Shown here one piece after another: positions 39,401-52,400 of a stretch of 64,000 nt of DNA (position 1 is the first letter of the stretch; every line of letters begins with the position of its first letter). The position numbers were made by a program, and so were the translations under genes. The DNA is from a virus. Its lineage: Duplodnaviria; Caudoviricetes. Below the pieces are notes generated by a model. It did not search any database and had not been told where the DNA came from. It saw only the letters and a program-made list of their open reading frames with translations. Location of the stretch: the IMG/VR virus record IMGVR_UViG_3300021400_000612, positions 25,719 through 89,718 of that record, one strand, 5' to 3'.

Positions 39401-40447
39401 GAAAGAAATGTATCTAGTTCTCAACCTACTATCGATGTAGCTAAAGAAGCTAATAATATAATGTCTAGTTCTAGAACAGATAAAGCTGCTGCTTTAGCTA
39501 GACTTATATTTGATGATGATACTGTAACAACTCTTAGTACTTATGATTTGTTACCACATAATCTAGTTTTTGATGCTGCGTTTAACACTGGTGATGGTAG
39601 AGAAAAACTTAATGCATCTTTTAATAGGAACACTAAAGTTACTACTATCGGTCCTAGATTCTTATCTATGTTAAGTAGCACTAATGATGCTTATAGAAAG
39701 CAAGCTGTTAGAAAACTTATTCATGAAAGACTTCATGATATATTACATTCTAATAATAATGAACATTATATTAATGATATTAGAGGTATATATGATGCTT
39801 TTGTTGAATCATTGGATAATGTTGAGGCTGCTAAACCTATTTTAGAGAAATACTTAAAAAAGAATAATTTAAACATTTCTTTAGACGATTATTACGAAAA
39901 TTTCAAAAAATATAAGTATCTTAGCAAACAAACTGATGAAGAAAGATTAGAAGAGTTCCTAGTAGATACTCTTACATCTGTAGAACTTGCTAACTATCTT
40001 AATAGTGTTACAAGTCTTTCTAAAGTTAATATGCGAGAAAGAAAACGTGATACTCTTTTAAATAAGATTATGCGACTTCTTGCTAAGATTATGGGAGTTA
40101 ATATCAAATCTGATTCTTTGTATGCTCAAGAATTTGAAGCTCTTAGAAAAGCTATGGATACTACTGCTGAACAAACAATGCAGTTTGAAGAAGAAACTAC
40201 TGAAAATGTTCAGCAAACTGTTGAAACTCAACAGCTTCAAGTAGAAGAAACTCCTGCTGTTCCTGAAAATAAAAATATTTTTAATATTGTAAACGATGAA
40301 ACAGATGATGATGAATATAGCTCTACTACTGAAGAGTATGAATCTGTTGCTTCTATAGGCGATTATATTCAATCTTATTCTCCTGAGGATAGAGCTGAAA
40401 TTGCTAGAGAACTTAATAGTGGTGAAATTTCAATTAAATGTAAGTAA
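33491..40447 (+). CDS. Giant virion protein (2318 aa) with C-terminal zincin-like HExxH domain, RNAP-associated
   Basis: LIHERLH (39722..39736) plus a downstream LEEFLV third-ligand-like motif. Hydrophobic N-terminal helices and a Q/T/S-rich linker at about 36530-36770. Confidence 0.7.
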   Translation: MDVLDFINRNGQRTVPNPNYNPKSKKNTEPPTIIVPDAQPIPDDVIEMAKRDALNQFSIDSGTADKYREFGLNYNPKDNLDKQLADAQSNWSKAVNALGQTLVSEIGIGTAKGVSDLIDFVGQKVGLSDPNYSNPVSQYLEEKQKEFEEWAPVYADPDNNTLKDQFTGGFNLGYWFSNIPSIASSLTLLIPSTGITKALSWAGKASKISKYTNRAARAIANPVAHAFGRSGFTSAEMGVAFETGINAALSRTMENYQEARQTYNDSYIDMSNTLNNMSDEEYNKFLQRNAQYLADNNIDTTDRDSVAKQLARSAADRTFQLDFANVVFDAYQIYGLRNLLTHAPRFNQSAATRAAQRNAMRTAGMTEEQAAAELAKDSRLTKIGYWVNDNLFGFGRQIKSELSEGVEEAVNYIAQQEGTHLGKYLLTGENGDSRDLNLLSSVGPMTSRILNDYYNDTGLWDSAFWGVVGGVVFQAGGSKLNRISQTIKNRQEEKKSANKDNAKTQEAKVTPHWWALDQSAETERMLTEINGRNVKLNTLRENMQKINAGKNPYIVNEDKTNPDISSPVEERMLREKAYTEYLDEMIITARNNGTLNMLEAYLEDSNVQDAIVAAYQSGDNANRVSKEEAQQAAAKASERVKKIDRMYQDEIIHASDIADRVGDKEGTALPAEYIQMIASSNVRHRLNLERYDEVAAMYNEDTERIKKVLGDKFDSTIDYQGLVSLRATIQELSGLIAQKKELETKQKEKPTLTTQFDIEEIDNQINVIKRKALQTSTDAQFARTLYALQVANSAVREYAPDGKTFKVNASDADLIANLDNFLMNDLSHIFDEVGQEKRDNISNDAVLGELRKVMNDMRYVLPVDANGKRQDTESYLENLDPKLPENYDILARIELEKIKENARLAETEQEIRHYIGAINNMENVARKRVIEDAFNTLSDIQKNHTDLNIMQIANGIYDENNADWLIQTNGLTDEERNKLREALKVLNLADVKNRTLFDSLAKTLMYTRATQTQVDANNKQNTEPAQAATAQPDTSAAGTQTQNSGTSQNPVSAQPTGQPINQSQQGSNAATSQGNGQIEQTSGQTTPTQIALSYNGNTINYSVPQAGATSSTNVIIVKPLGNGNFELDFVNKGSDVRPEDISNNRLFDVQQQPMDGAVVKRNPIVRFGNNNEVQVVSQGLVENPSISSTGEQGSSVANAQSYIDRMESANTHKEVDAIYTEALNNGIQEKEIFPTYSRRHKEIDDAKKVVEPEAPVRGADPLVYIPQIADAARAAAMKLKNGETVTYEEYLGGLTDVKAAINDDITFEKIAKERWQTAMQRLAKKYPEVVDNIINTLQSSTTEEVPESNLKRVFDKNFTSAVEKLVKAYLKDIGQKKVNGKYVISLENLLRYCNGEFQNNENAEILYNVLASYLKSDEASSLYDVIETEEEIAAPDFLDNVKTPLEERINKAIRQENHRINTIGVQNKEVFDELEEGQELSLRETNDRIYFTFDGKDVGYIGKPKVVNGTYSSPYEYWLFRIRPNGKDTYYSKLAEIFKAIVNATDGELKEIYDAALAGSWHLEGNATWDAIKAEYTINTIDNETGEEKDDVDFRLLRVIRTMASFAVKYGSADKAIDGWFNSLAQEYIAADNLTKNKDSKVVIDAINDGFLIRATDKLTDDGKNIIQSEVNKLPLASQAIGRNNKGKVSIAIGSRRQAGTVECVVKKENDKVTIPATYSFPGVGYSNTFVAIPISKGRVLFAQAYPITARELTRGSEAAKIVSAFSNQVTKYLENIARNPGNDQLFRELQDFLFEALNYKNSTTPLFHMDNCEKVNVGDDRGTHIGTNGRRGPRRDLRIFCNPGKTHKIQIQNVGVNETIEITPANISRITSLVKNFLADTLQFNISESYIASDNNTRNQVEGLATRDKDGKFVVKIGDESWTFDSYNDFILNNDLVRVNTKPNEYGNNVTRTSNNPNIRYKIVTSSPVERNVSSSQPTIDVAKEANNIMSSSRTDKAAALARLIFDDDTVTTLSTYDLLPHNLVFDAAFNTGDGREKLNASFNRNTKVTTIGPRFLSMLSSTNDAYRKQAVRKLIHERLHDILHSNNNEHYINDIRGIYDAFVESLDNVEAAKPILEKYLKKNNLNISLDDYYENFKKYKYLSKQTDEERLEEFLVDTLTSVELANYLNSVTSLSKVNMRERKRDTLLNKIMRLLAKIMGVNIKSDSLYAQEFEALRKAMDTTAEQTMQFEEETTENVQQTVETQQLQVEETPAVPENKNIFNIVNDETDDDEYSSTTEEYESVASIGDYIQSYSPEDRAEIARELNSGEISIKCK

Positions 40448-40450
40448 AAT

Positions 40451-43400
40451 ATGGGAAGTATTAATTGTAGTGTTGCTAAAAGAACACGTAAAGTAAACAC
40501 TGATAGAACTAATTGGGATGTTGATGCTCAGGCTAATATTGAACAAGTTAGTGAATCTATCAACGAAAAAGTTAGTGCTAATCATTATTCAAGTGTTGCA
40601 TGGCGAAATGAAGCTGTGCAACACTCAGCTGTTTTTGGTGCTAAGATTTTAGATAAAGTTCAAAGACAACACAATCAAAAGGTTACTGGTAGCATGAAGA
40701 GTTTTCTTAAAAATGCTATTAGAAATGAACTTAATAATGTGGTTGTAGCAAGAATTGCTAGAGAAAAAGGATTGCCCAAAGCAACCATTAAAGAGCAATT
40801 AGGTTTTAATGCTGAAACTGGATTATATTCTGGTAATCTGCAATATGTTGTAGAAAATCTCAAAGATACATCAGAGTCTAACAATAATATTATTGCTTGG
40901 TACACAGAAGCTTATAACGATACAATTAATGAAGCTACTGGCATTTCTTATTCTGATGAATTCTTTAATAATGATGTATTTGCTCATTCTAAATTAGGCA
41001 GTGTAAAGTTTGATAGAGATGATACATTTGGCGAATATGAATTAGCTGTTGCTCTTGATGTAAATGATGATAATGATACTACTGACTCAGAACAAGGAGA
41101 AAATCCAACAGATACGGATGATAGTAATGTTATTGCAGCTTTTGACCATAGTGGTGAACATAAAGATTTTATGGTAGGTGTTGACCAAGACATTAAAACT
41201 TATTTTGATACTTTGAATAAACTAAAAAGTTCAGAAAAGGCTAATGATAAATGGCAACTTGATAAAGAAAATCTTTATGAAATTGTGAATACTATGGATG
41301 CTAGAGCTTGTTCTAGTGTTCTATTTCATCAAGGTGATTTTACTGACGACCAAACTATGGTTGACAGTATAAAAAGAATTGCTAGGCAATGTGCTGGATT
41401 TGAAGCCTTTATGAAGTTTGCTGAAGACCTTGAAAATGATGCTGATTTTAGATATAAAGTTTACAATAATTTTGCTAAACGTATCATGTCTAAAATGGAA
41501 ACTATCGTTGAAGATAAGAATGGTAAATCAAATCTTGCTAATAAAAGAAGTAATGCTGTTACTGCTCTAGCCTTCGAATTTAGGAATACAATTAAGTCTA
41601 CTGCTGTTTCTATTAATAATTATGAAATGGAAGATAGATTTAATGCTTGGGATAAATCTCTTACTAATAATCCAAATATTAAATATTCTGAATTTTTAAA
41701 TAAAATTGCAACAGAGCCTAATGATGAAGATGTTCTTAAATTTATTGGAGAACTTACTTCTATGTTGCAAGTATATTATCCAACTATTGATAAATTTGCA
41801 ATAGCTAATTATTTATATAACGCTACTGATGCTAATGGAGATATAAAAGTTCCTACTAATTTATCTAATCTTAAAAACATTTTAAATAGAACTATAGCTG
41901 CTTCTAAAAGAACAGCAGTTGCTTATAATAGTTTGCAATATGATATTGCTACTGAAAAGAATAGAAAAAAGAGATATGCTTTATATAATGTAGATTATGT
42001 AGATAACTCGAATAATCAAGAGGCTCAAGCTTTAGCAGAACTTCTTGCTCCTTATAGTGCTGTTAGAGTAGATTTAAATTCTAGAAACACTGAAGGTAAA
42101 CTTAGTAGTGATGTTATGAATAATAACTTCTTAACTAACTTTATTAATACTCTTCAATCTAGTCTTAATAGAAAATTCAAAGATGCTGAGGGTAATATAA
42201 CTTATGCTCAGGATTGTCCTCTTCAACATTTTAAAGAATTTAAATTCAAATCTACTCAGTATAATCTTAGTAATATTCTTGTAGAGAAAGTAGAAAATGG
42301 TCGTGTTGTTAATAGAGGTCTTTTTAGAAAAGATGGTGACCGATATGTTCCTACAGAATATGCTACAGATTTACTTAGAATTTCTAAATTTAATGGTGCT
42401 ACAAGTTTTGATAATAGTAAAAATACTCTTTACTCTAAGATGAGTAAAAATGACTATATCACTACAGCTTTTATTAATTTCTTTGCAGGTGAAGGTAGTA
42501 TAAATGGTACACCAATGGCTAACTATTTTATGCGTATTCCTTCAGATTCTAGTACTCAATTTGTAGTTACAGCTCCTAGATATGAAATAGCTCAAAGTGG
42601 TAGAAATGCATTAAGAAATCCTGATGGAAGTATTAATAAAAATCATCCTATTTTCCAGCAGTTTAAGAATGTATTCTTACAAGAACTTATAGATATGGGT
42701 GATGCAATCAATACTATTTTTGTTACAGATGAAAATGGTGTTGTTACTAGAGTAGAAAAAGATGGTAAACATTTGCTTCAATTCAATCCTAATTATTCTA
42801 ATACCCCTGTAGGAAGACTTTATAAGAAATATCATTTTAATGGTAAAGTTGTAGAAAATTTCGGAACCAATAATGAAAAACTTACTGGTAACGTATTTAA
42901 ATCTAATAGACTTGTTCTTGTTAAAAATGATGGTAGTGAAGTAAATTATGGTCAGCAATTTATTGAGCAATTTGTAGATTTTCTCTACGGGGGAGCGATA
43001 GAAAATAATACTAACGAATCTGTTAAATTTATTAAAGAAAAAGGTAGAGTTGTTGGTGTAAATCTTGATGCTCAAAGTCAAGACTTTAGAAACGCTCTTG
43101 ACGATATGATTGGAAGATTTATAGCAGATTATTCTAGAGAAGCTATAAATCGTATTCAAGGCTCTAAACAATTCATTAAAGATTCTATGAAATCTTTAAT
43201 AGGAGAAGATAAAGACAACAAAGAATTTAATAGAAAAGTTAGTGAATTTATTCTCAATACTCATCTTATGTATATTAATTTTGATGATTTATTTGAGGGT
43301 AATTCTAAGTTCTATGGTAGTGCTCAAGATTTCTTAAAGAGAGCTAAAGAAGTTCAAGGTAGTGGTGTTCCTTATGGAATTGTAAACTATAATAATGATT

Positions 43401-46400
43401 TTAGTATTATACAAAAATCGGAAAAGAAAGGTGCTTTACTTAATGAACAAAGTATTATAGATAGAATTGGTAACATTAAACAATATGATAGTTTTAGAGG
43501 TGTTACTATTGTTAATACTGTAAGAACCCCTATAGAGTGTGAATATAAAAAACCTGATGGTTCTGGTAAAGATGGTATTCTTGTTAAAACTCTTGCATCT
43601 AATTTTGCTAAACAAGCTGGTAGAAAAAGAGCTAATGATAGAGATACTCAGCGTGCTAGAGATATGATGGCAGGTTTTGCTAATGCTAAAGTTAATGATG
43701 CTCAATCTTATATTACTTTTGAAGAATGGGTTCGTCGTATAGCAGCTAGAGGTCAGCTTATGAAACATCTTCCTCTTATTGAGAAGATTCAGAAAGGTGA
43801 AACTCTTACTGATACAGAAATGGATGCTTTTGTTCAAGTACAAAAGAATTTCTATTATGACCAATATTATGATGAACAAACTGGTATAATCGTTCCTCGT
43901 CAAATTAAAAATGCTGAATTTGTTCTTGTTCCTCAATTTATAGAAGGAACTCAACTTAAACAAATTTATGATTTGATGAAGAAACATGATATTGACCAGC
44001 TTAATACAGAAGAAACTTCTAAAGCAGGTAAACATAATGTTTTAACTCTTTGGGATAATGATGGTAATTTAACTGAAGAAAATATTGCAGACTTTGAGGC
44101 TAAAGCTGACGGTGCTGCAGAATTTTTCAATTATAATAATCTTTATACTCAGCAAGAAACGCCACAGCACGTTAATGCTGAAAACAAAGCTGGTATTCAG
44201 ATTATGAAAAAAATTATTGATAATATTCCTGTAGGTCATAAACTTTATCCTATTAAGCAGAAGTTTATGACTTTGTATTCAGCTAATGTTCAAGCTGCAT
44301 TCCAGGATTTAGCTAATGAACTAAATATAGAAACTGATAGTAATGGTTATCCAGTACTTGATGATAATGGTCAAATTAAAGGTCTAGATTATAAGAAACT
44401 TTATGATTTATTTAGAGAAGAAGCTGAACGTCTTGGTGTCGATAGTAATCTTTCTGATTATTTTACTTTAGAAGATGATATTATTGAAGGTGTTGCTCAA
44501 ACATTAATGCCTAATTTCTTTAGTAATGTTTCCAATAGAGTTGAATCTGTAGCACAAGCTTTGTTTAATAGTAGAATTACTAGACAAAAACTTCCTGGTT
44601 TCCATGGTGCTCAGGTTACTAGTATTGGTTTTAAGAAAGAAAATATTCAAAAGAGTAATACTCTTCGTTATCATACAAGACTAAATAATAAAGGTAAAGA
44701 AGTTTATGCTCCATACATTGAAGTAATGCTTCCTAAATCTAATTTTGGTCTTTCTGCTTACGATGATGCTACTGCTTTAAAAATGTTACAAGAGGCTGGT
44801 GTTGATGAACTTATCAGTTATCGTATTCCTACCGAAGGTAAACAATCTGTTGCTATTATGAAAGTCGTTGGATTTACCAACGATGCTCAAGGTTCTACAA
44901 TTATTGTTCCTGATGGTTGGGTTCCTCAAACTGGTTCTGACTTCGATATCGACTCTATTTATGGTATTCAATTCCATTTCTATGTTGATGAAAAGACAGG
45001 TAAGATTAAAGTACCTTTTATGTCTGATTCTGATGATGACCTTGTTAAAAGATGGCATTCATATATCAGAAGACATGCTGAAGTAGGTAATGCTTTTGAG
45101 AATATTGAAGAAGATTTAAAAGAATATCAAGATGTAATTGATAATAAAGAAACGTTTACTCAATTTGCTGATGTTCAAAGAAGAACTAGTGAAACTTTTG
45201 CAGAACTTCCTAAAAGATTTAAAAATCTTGTTGCTCAAATTAGTAGAGATTTTAAAGATGAAAATGATAAAGCTACTTATAAAGAAAGTCTTGAAAATCT
45301 GATTACTAAACTTGAAGCTGAAATTGCTAATAGAAAATATAGCAATGGTGTTTGGATGGATTCTGAAGGAAATGCTATAACAAATGCACAATTTGAGAAA
45401 CTTTCTGAAGAAGAACAAGATGAATATGATTGGGTTGGAAATAATAGAGATACTATTCTTGAAGTTTCTGATTATATTCAATCTTTAAAAGATGTTGTTG
45501 CTTTTTTAAACAATCAACAAGAAGTTAATATTGCTTACAGTAAAATTGGTAAGATTACAGAGTTCTTATCTGCTACTCAAGATAAGATGTATGAAGATGC
45601 TGCTAAGGAAAATGGTCTTATAACTTTAGAAGAATTTGGAAAGCTTGATATTAATCTTCAAAATTCTAAAGCTTCTAGAGATAATGAAATCCTTAATTGC
45701 ATGATGACTATTCTTGCTGATGAATCTTCTATGGAAGAAAATCTTGGTCGTAGTAATTTTGATGATATCAGTAACACAGACAAAGATAATCCTGGTGCTA
45801 TTCAGAAAATGATGAGTCCTACTGCTAGACTTAAAAGAGAAAGAAGAAGTCCATATAATTTCTTTGACCAAGCTGATTATCAAGATGATGCTATGAGTGG
45901 TGCTAAACTTAAAGGTTTCAGTGTTACTCGAGACAACTTGTGCTCTGTTTGTAATACAGTTCACCCTATTGCAGCTACAGATGCCTATACAATGCTCTAT
46001 GATGCTACAAAATATGACATTAAAGAACTTAAAGAAGCATTTGGTGAACAAAATGTAAATCTTTCTAACGATAAAAAGTATATTCAAGTTCGTCATAAAA
46101 CTTTTGGTTGGACTAGAAATAATAAAAATATTGTTGGTCGTATTCTTACTTCTTATTCTTCTGAAACAACTGCTCATATTCTTGATGCTATTAAAGAAGG
46201 TGCAGCACCTAATGTTAATGATTTAACATTTGCTGTATATAAAACTTTTGTTGATTTAGGTTCTGATTATAATACTGCTATTGGATTTATGGCACAACCT
46301 GCTGTAACTAGAATAGTTGATGCTTATAATCGTAATAAATCTATATTTACACCTTTTAATACTAATCCGTTACAACAAGCTATTAGAAGTCTTGCAGAAG

Positions 46401-49400
46401 ATTTAGGAGTAAAAGTTAAAAATAAAAACGGTAAAGGTATAAGTCTTAATAAACTTATTGAAGAAATTAATGCTAAACCTGAACTTGCAACAGCTTTTAA
46501 ACAAATCTTTGGTATAGATTTGCATATTGGCAAAGTTAAAGGTAATGAAATAGAATTTGAAAATTTTGCTCTTCCTACTTATCTTCTTAAAGATAGAATT
46601 GATGAGAGTGGAATTTTTGCTAGCTCCCCTGTAGAAGGAATTGATGAAAAGACTTTACAACAAGCTTTTGACCTTGGTATTCTTCTTAAATATTCTCAAT
46701 TTGCTAACTTTAGCCAACGAATTGGTGATGTTGCTCGTGTAACAAATCCTGATAAATTTGGTGCTAAAAAGAATATCTTTGAAACTAATAAAGTATTTGA
46801 CGATATTAAAGAACTTATTAATAGAGGAGATATGCCATTACAAGTAATGGTTGGTAGAAATGAAGATGGTACTCCTAATATAATTTCTATTCTTGAAGCT
46901 ATTTATCCTGGTATTGGAAATGGTGATGTTGATACTTTCATGAGAGCTACTCCTGAAAGAGCAAGTATGTATCCTCCTTTGTATAGTTTTTTGAAATATG
47001 CTACTGCTCCAAGTGTTATAATTAATAGAACTCTATTTGAAACTCAAACAGATGAATTTATTGCTGCTGTAAATAGTATAGAAGAAGTTCTTGGCTTTGA
47101 TTCTAAAGTTACAGAAAAACAATATACTGATTTCCAAAAATATATTCTTGGAGAAATTTATTCTGAAATTCCATTTATTAAACATCCTGTAGTATTTAAT
47201 CAAAAAAATAATACATTTGATGTTGATATTAATGTTGATAAACAAACAGAGATAGGTAGAATTTATGGATTTAGTGCTCCTAGTGATATAAACTTTAAGC
47301 CTCAACGTCTTTATAAACCTACAAAGACTGATATAGAAACTTGGCGTAAACTATCTCCTGCTCAGAAAGTTCTTTGGATTCAGCAAAATGCTAAGAACCC
47401 TGGTATCTTTGGTTTATTTAAAGTAGACCTTAGAAATAATAATAGAGATGGTTCTCAAACTATAGAATTTAGTGAAGATTCTGTTAATATAGAAGATGCT
47501 TATTCTATGTTTAATAATGCTTTTTATAGTGAAAATCCTCTTATCAGATATGCTGCTGCAGATTTGATTAAATATGCTTTTGTTGTTGAAGGTTTCCAAA
47601 TGAGTCAACACGCTGTAAATAAAGTTATCAGAAATACTCCTCTTATGCAGTCTATCGAAACTGGAGGAACTGGTATTGTATCTTATATGCGTGATGCTGT
47701 TAGAAATATTCAAGACAGTATTAATATAGATAAGGTTATTGAGAATTATGTTAAAAGTCATGACATTCAAGGACTTCCTAAAGTAAACATAAATGATTTA
47801 AATCCTAGAAGTCTTAATGACGAAAAGAATAAAACTATTAAAATAGACCAAATAGATGGCAAGAATGTTGAACGTGAAGTAGATACTCCTACAGGGGTAC
47901 TAATGATACAAATTAATGATGATAATATTAGTACTCTTATTGAAAACAATATTCTCAGAATTGATGAATTTGGTAGATATTATGAACGTCCTTACTTCAA
48001 AACTACAGGTAGAAAAGGTAAAACTTATAAGTTTGAGATTGTAGATGGAATAGGATATGCTTATCCTCTTAATAAGTTACAACCTAATGAACATTCTGAT
48101 TGGTCTACAAAATTAGATAATAGTCCAGAACCATCTGCTGAATATTTTGAAGCTATCATTAAAGGTGAAATTGATACTTCTAGAAAAGGTGATTTTATGT
48201 CTCCTGTAACTTATAAAGTAAATAGAGTAGCAGATTTCGATATTAATGAACTTAAAGATAATACAGTAAATAAAATAAATAATGCTTCTAGTGAAATTCT
48301 AAAAGGTAATGCTTATTATGTTTGGAGTCCTGAACTTTCAACAAAACTTCCTAGTATCGGAGATATGTCTGTTCAGGAAATAGATGGTGTTGTTTACGAT
48401 ATTATGCATGTAAAAGCTGATAATGTTCAAAAGAAATATCTTGGTGATAATAGTAGTGTTACAATTCAGTCTGGAGATGTTGCTTATAGTGATATGATTA
48501 ATAATCCTAATTATGGACTTAGAGCTATGGGCTTTAAAAAACCAAGTTTAGATGTATTTATGATTAGAGCTCATAAGCAAGCTGAGGCTGTTATTACACC
48601 AGAAGAACTGATGTCAGATACTACTGAAGATTTAGGTTCTTTATCTATTGATGCTATCTTTACTAATGCTTCACAAGGTGATACTATTGCTAAAGAAGCT
48701 CAAGGATTACTTCAATTTAGAAATTCTACACAAGGTAGAGATATTCCTGTTACTTCTGATTCGTTGTTTATTATTTCTAATTATCTTACTAGAGTAGTAG
48801 ATAAGATTAATGACCAACTTAAGAATTTTGAAACTGAAGATGGTAGACATTTTAAAGTAACTGACCCTGAATTAATTAATTATATTAGAAATAATCCTGC
48901 AGAACGTAGACGTTATCTAAAAGTTCTTCTTGATGCTAGAAAGATTAAGCGTCAATTTGAGGCTTATTTAGCATTTGATACAACTAGTAGTGACCCAGAA
49001 CTTAAACGTTATCTTGATAATATTAAGAAAAAAGTTGTAGAACTTGATGAAGCTCTTACAAGTAATGGTCTTGAATTGTTTGCCAAAGATTATCTTAGAG
49101 GAGTTAGTACTAATCCTCTTGTTCAAAAAGATGTTATAACTCTTCTTGATGGTTTTTATGGTAGTGGTATGATTGAAGCTATGATTAATGATACTCAAGA
49201 AATGCCTAATCCTCTTATTCAGATTATAACTAAAGAAGTTATGGCTGACATAAGAGCAAAAGAAATGCAAGCTGAAGATAGAATTAAAGATTTTGAAGAT
49301 ACATTAGCCCGTATTAAGAAAGAAGCTACTGATGCAGGTATGAATATTAATTGGGATAATATAGTAGATAAAACTGGAAAACTAATTCAGCCTTATAAAG

Positions 49401-52400
49401 ATGCATTTATTGATGATTATAGAGCTTTAAAACAAAACATTGAAAGTATCAAAAATACTCTTCGTTCTGATGGTACTGTAGATTATGAAGCTTTAAATAG
49501 AGCACAACTTGCTCTTGATAAATGGCTTAATGATAACGTTGAACTCCCCCTTAAAGGAGATGAGAAAGATGAATTTGGTCTTAAAACTATTAAATCTTTT
49601 TATACTAAGAAGATTGAGTTAGACCAAATGATGATTGATAATGCTCCAAAACTTTTTGCTAGATACAAAGAACTTCAAGCTAAGAGAAGAGATATTGTTA
49701 GTCATCTTAATAGCTCAGACTCTGACCCCCGTTGGGAAACTGAACTTAAAGATATTGATATAGAAATTAAATCTCTTACTGCTTCCGTTAGATTTGATGA
49801 AGCTAGCAATGCTTGGATTAAAAAATCTGATGAAGATATTCATAACGCTGAACTTTTGAGTAAGTATAAGAAAGAGATTAAAGAACTCTATGATGAATAT
49901 TATGATAAAGAAGAAAATGCTGGTTTTAGAGAAGAACTTGAAATTAATCTTCGTGTTGTAAAAGAAGCTGAACGTAGAGACCAATATGGTATTCCTCAAG
50001 CAAGTGCTGAAGAACTTAGAAATAATGAACGTTATCAACGTGCTGCTACTTGGCTTAGAAAAAATGCTATATTTAGTCCAGACCCAGAAACTTATGAAAA
50101 AGTTAATGAAGCGTTCAAAGTTTTAGGTAATGGTAGAAGAAAATCTCAAGCTTCTGAAATTCTTAAACTTGTTGCAACTTCTAGTTCAGCATATGATACT
50201 AAAGGTAGAGTTGATGGTACTAAACTCACAGCAGAACAGCAAAGAAATCTTAATATAGCTCAACAAAAAGAGTATAATGATAGGGTTAATGCTAATGCTA
50301 TGGCAGCTAGCCTTATAAATAGTGCTGGAGAAAACGATGAGATTTATACCAAAGAGTTCTACAAACTTATCTATAAAGAAGGCTATGCTAAGAGTGAAGA
50401 ATATAAAGCTAAAGTTAAAGAAATTAATGATATTCTTGCTAAACATTACGGCAATTCTAGAACTATCAACTTTGTTGATATGACTAAAGAAGAACTTGAA
50501 AAACTTGCAAATCTTTATAGAGAACTTAGAGGTATTAGAGAAGATATTGAGTTTGCTTGGAGTTCTAAATATGCTAAACTTCATGCAGAAGATGTTGATT
50601 ATGTAATCAATCAAGAAAACTTCGATATTGCTAAAAATGCTGCAGAACTTGCTGGTGTTGATATGAACTTATGGGAAGCTGTTAATACTGAATTTGCAAC
50701 AGATGAATCTGGTAAGAAAGTAAGGGTTCCCAATAAACTTATCTACGGGCGAGCTGTACCTTCTGAAGCTGCAAGAGCTAAAAAGAAGAAAAAGTCAGAT
50801 GCTAGTCTTTATATAGATGAAGCTAAAACAGAAGCTTTTAAAACTATTAGAGGTTATATGGTTTCTGAGCCAAGTGAATATTATTATGAAGAGTACGCCC
50901 GTAGAAAGAAAGAAGGTGTAGATGATGATGGTAGAACATTTGAAGAATGGTATGCTGACAATCATGTTTACAATCCTTATTCTAGGACTATGATTCCTAA
51001 TAAAGCTTGGATGGTTAGTAGACTTAATGATAATAATGAAGGTACTTGGGAACCTGGCTTTGCTCAATCTCATTCTGTTCCTAAAGAGGAATATAAGAAT
51101 CCTAATCATAAAGATGGCATTAGTCTTGGTGTAAACTTCAAAGATAAGGATGGTAGATATAAAAATGATGTTGCTCAAAATCAATATGAAAAAGAATTAC
51201 AAGAAGAAATAAGTAAACTTCTTATATCTCTTGCTCATGTTGAATCTGCTAAACGTTTCTTTGAATCTGGATATATGCCTATTATGTCTAAAGATGAAGA
51301 GCATGATATGAGATTCTATCTTAAAGAAGCTGCTAAAGGAGTAGGTTGGATTGAAGATACTAATACAGGTAAAGAATTAGATGAGAATATTAATTATGCA
51401 AATGATTATATTCCTTCTATGCCTATGACTACTAAATTACAAGATATGAAAGGTAAGAAAGTTAAGTTAGAAAAACCTGTATATAATGAAGGTGATGATG
51501 TTGATGAATACAATAAAAAAGTTGCAGAATATGAAAAAGCTCTTTTAAAACAACAAGCTGACGAAGAAAAGTATCATCAAGAACAACTTAATCGTGATTG
51601 GGAAAGTGTTATTAAACGTTTTATAAAAGAAGCTGCTCATTATAATGCTGTTCAAGATAATAGATTGATGCTCTATTATGGTCAAGAAATTCTTAAAAAT
51701 CAAATGAGATATGATACAAATATTGGACGTTCTGATTTAAAGATTGATAGAAGAAAATCTAAAGGAACTAAGACTGTATATGAAACTCGTGATTCTAAGA
51801 GAGAATATGACCAATATACTAATTGGATGCGTCGTCTTATGTTCAATCAATGGAAATATAATAATCCTCGTTGGACTCGTTGGGCTAATCTTGCACAATC
51901 ATTTACAAGTGCTAACTTTATGATGATGAATATTCGTGGTGGTATAGCTAACGTAACTCTTGGAGAAACTCAAATCTTTGCTGAAGCTTGGGCTAAAGAA
52001 TATTTTGGTACTAAAGAATATCTTAAAGGTAAAGGTATTTGGATGGCTAATGTTGCTAGTTATCTTGCTAATATGTATAGTGAAAAATCTTCTACTGTTG
52101 CAGATGCTATCATTAAATTTATGAATGTTGTAGACTTTGACGAAATTACAGGTGTAGTTCGTGCTAATCTTGACCCTGCAGTTTATCTCAAACGTGCTAG
52201 AGATTTCATGTTTAGTCCTCAGACTATGGGTGAACATTTCATGCAGAATGGTGCTATGTTTAGTATTATGCTTAGTCATAGACTTTATAAGAATGAAAAT
52301 CCTGAAATTAATGGACGTAGTTCTTATGTAATTAAAGGAAGAGCTGAAGTTATAAGAGATGCTCATGAACAAGCTTTAGCTAAAGTACTTGAAAATAGAG

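Noticed and set aside
49544-49735. Weak motif-like strings (ACTCCCCCTTAAAG near 49544, ACCCCCGTTGG near 49725; also near 34764, 36655, 42803)
   Set aside because: They have two or more mismatches in the core and cannot be told from chance without a PWM scan, so they were not counted.
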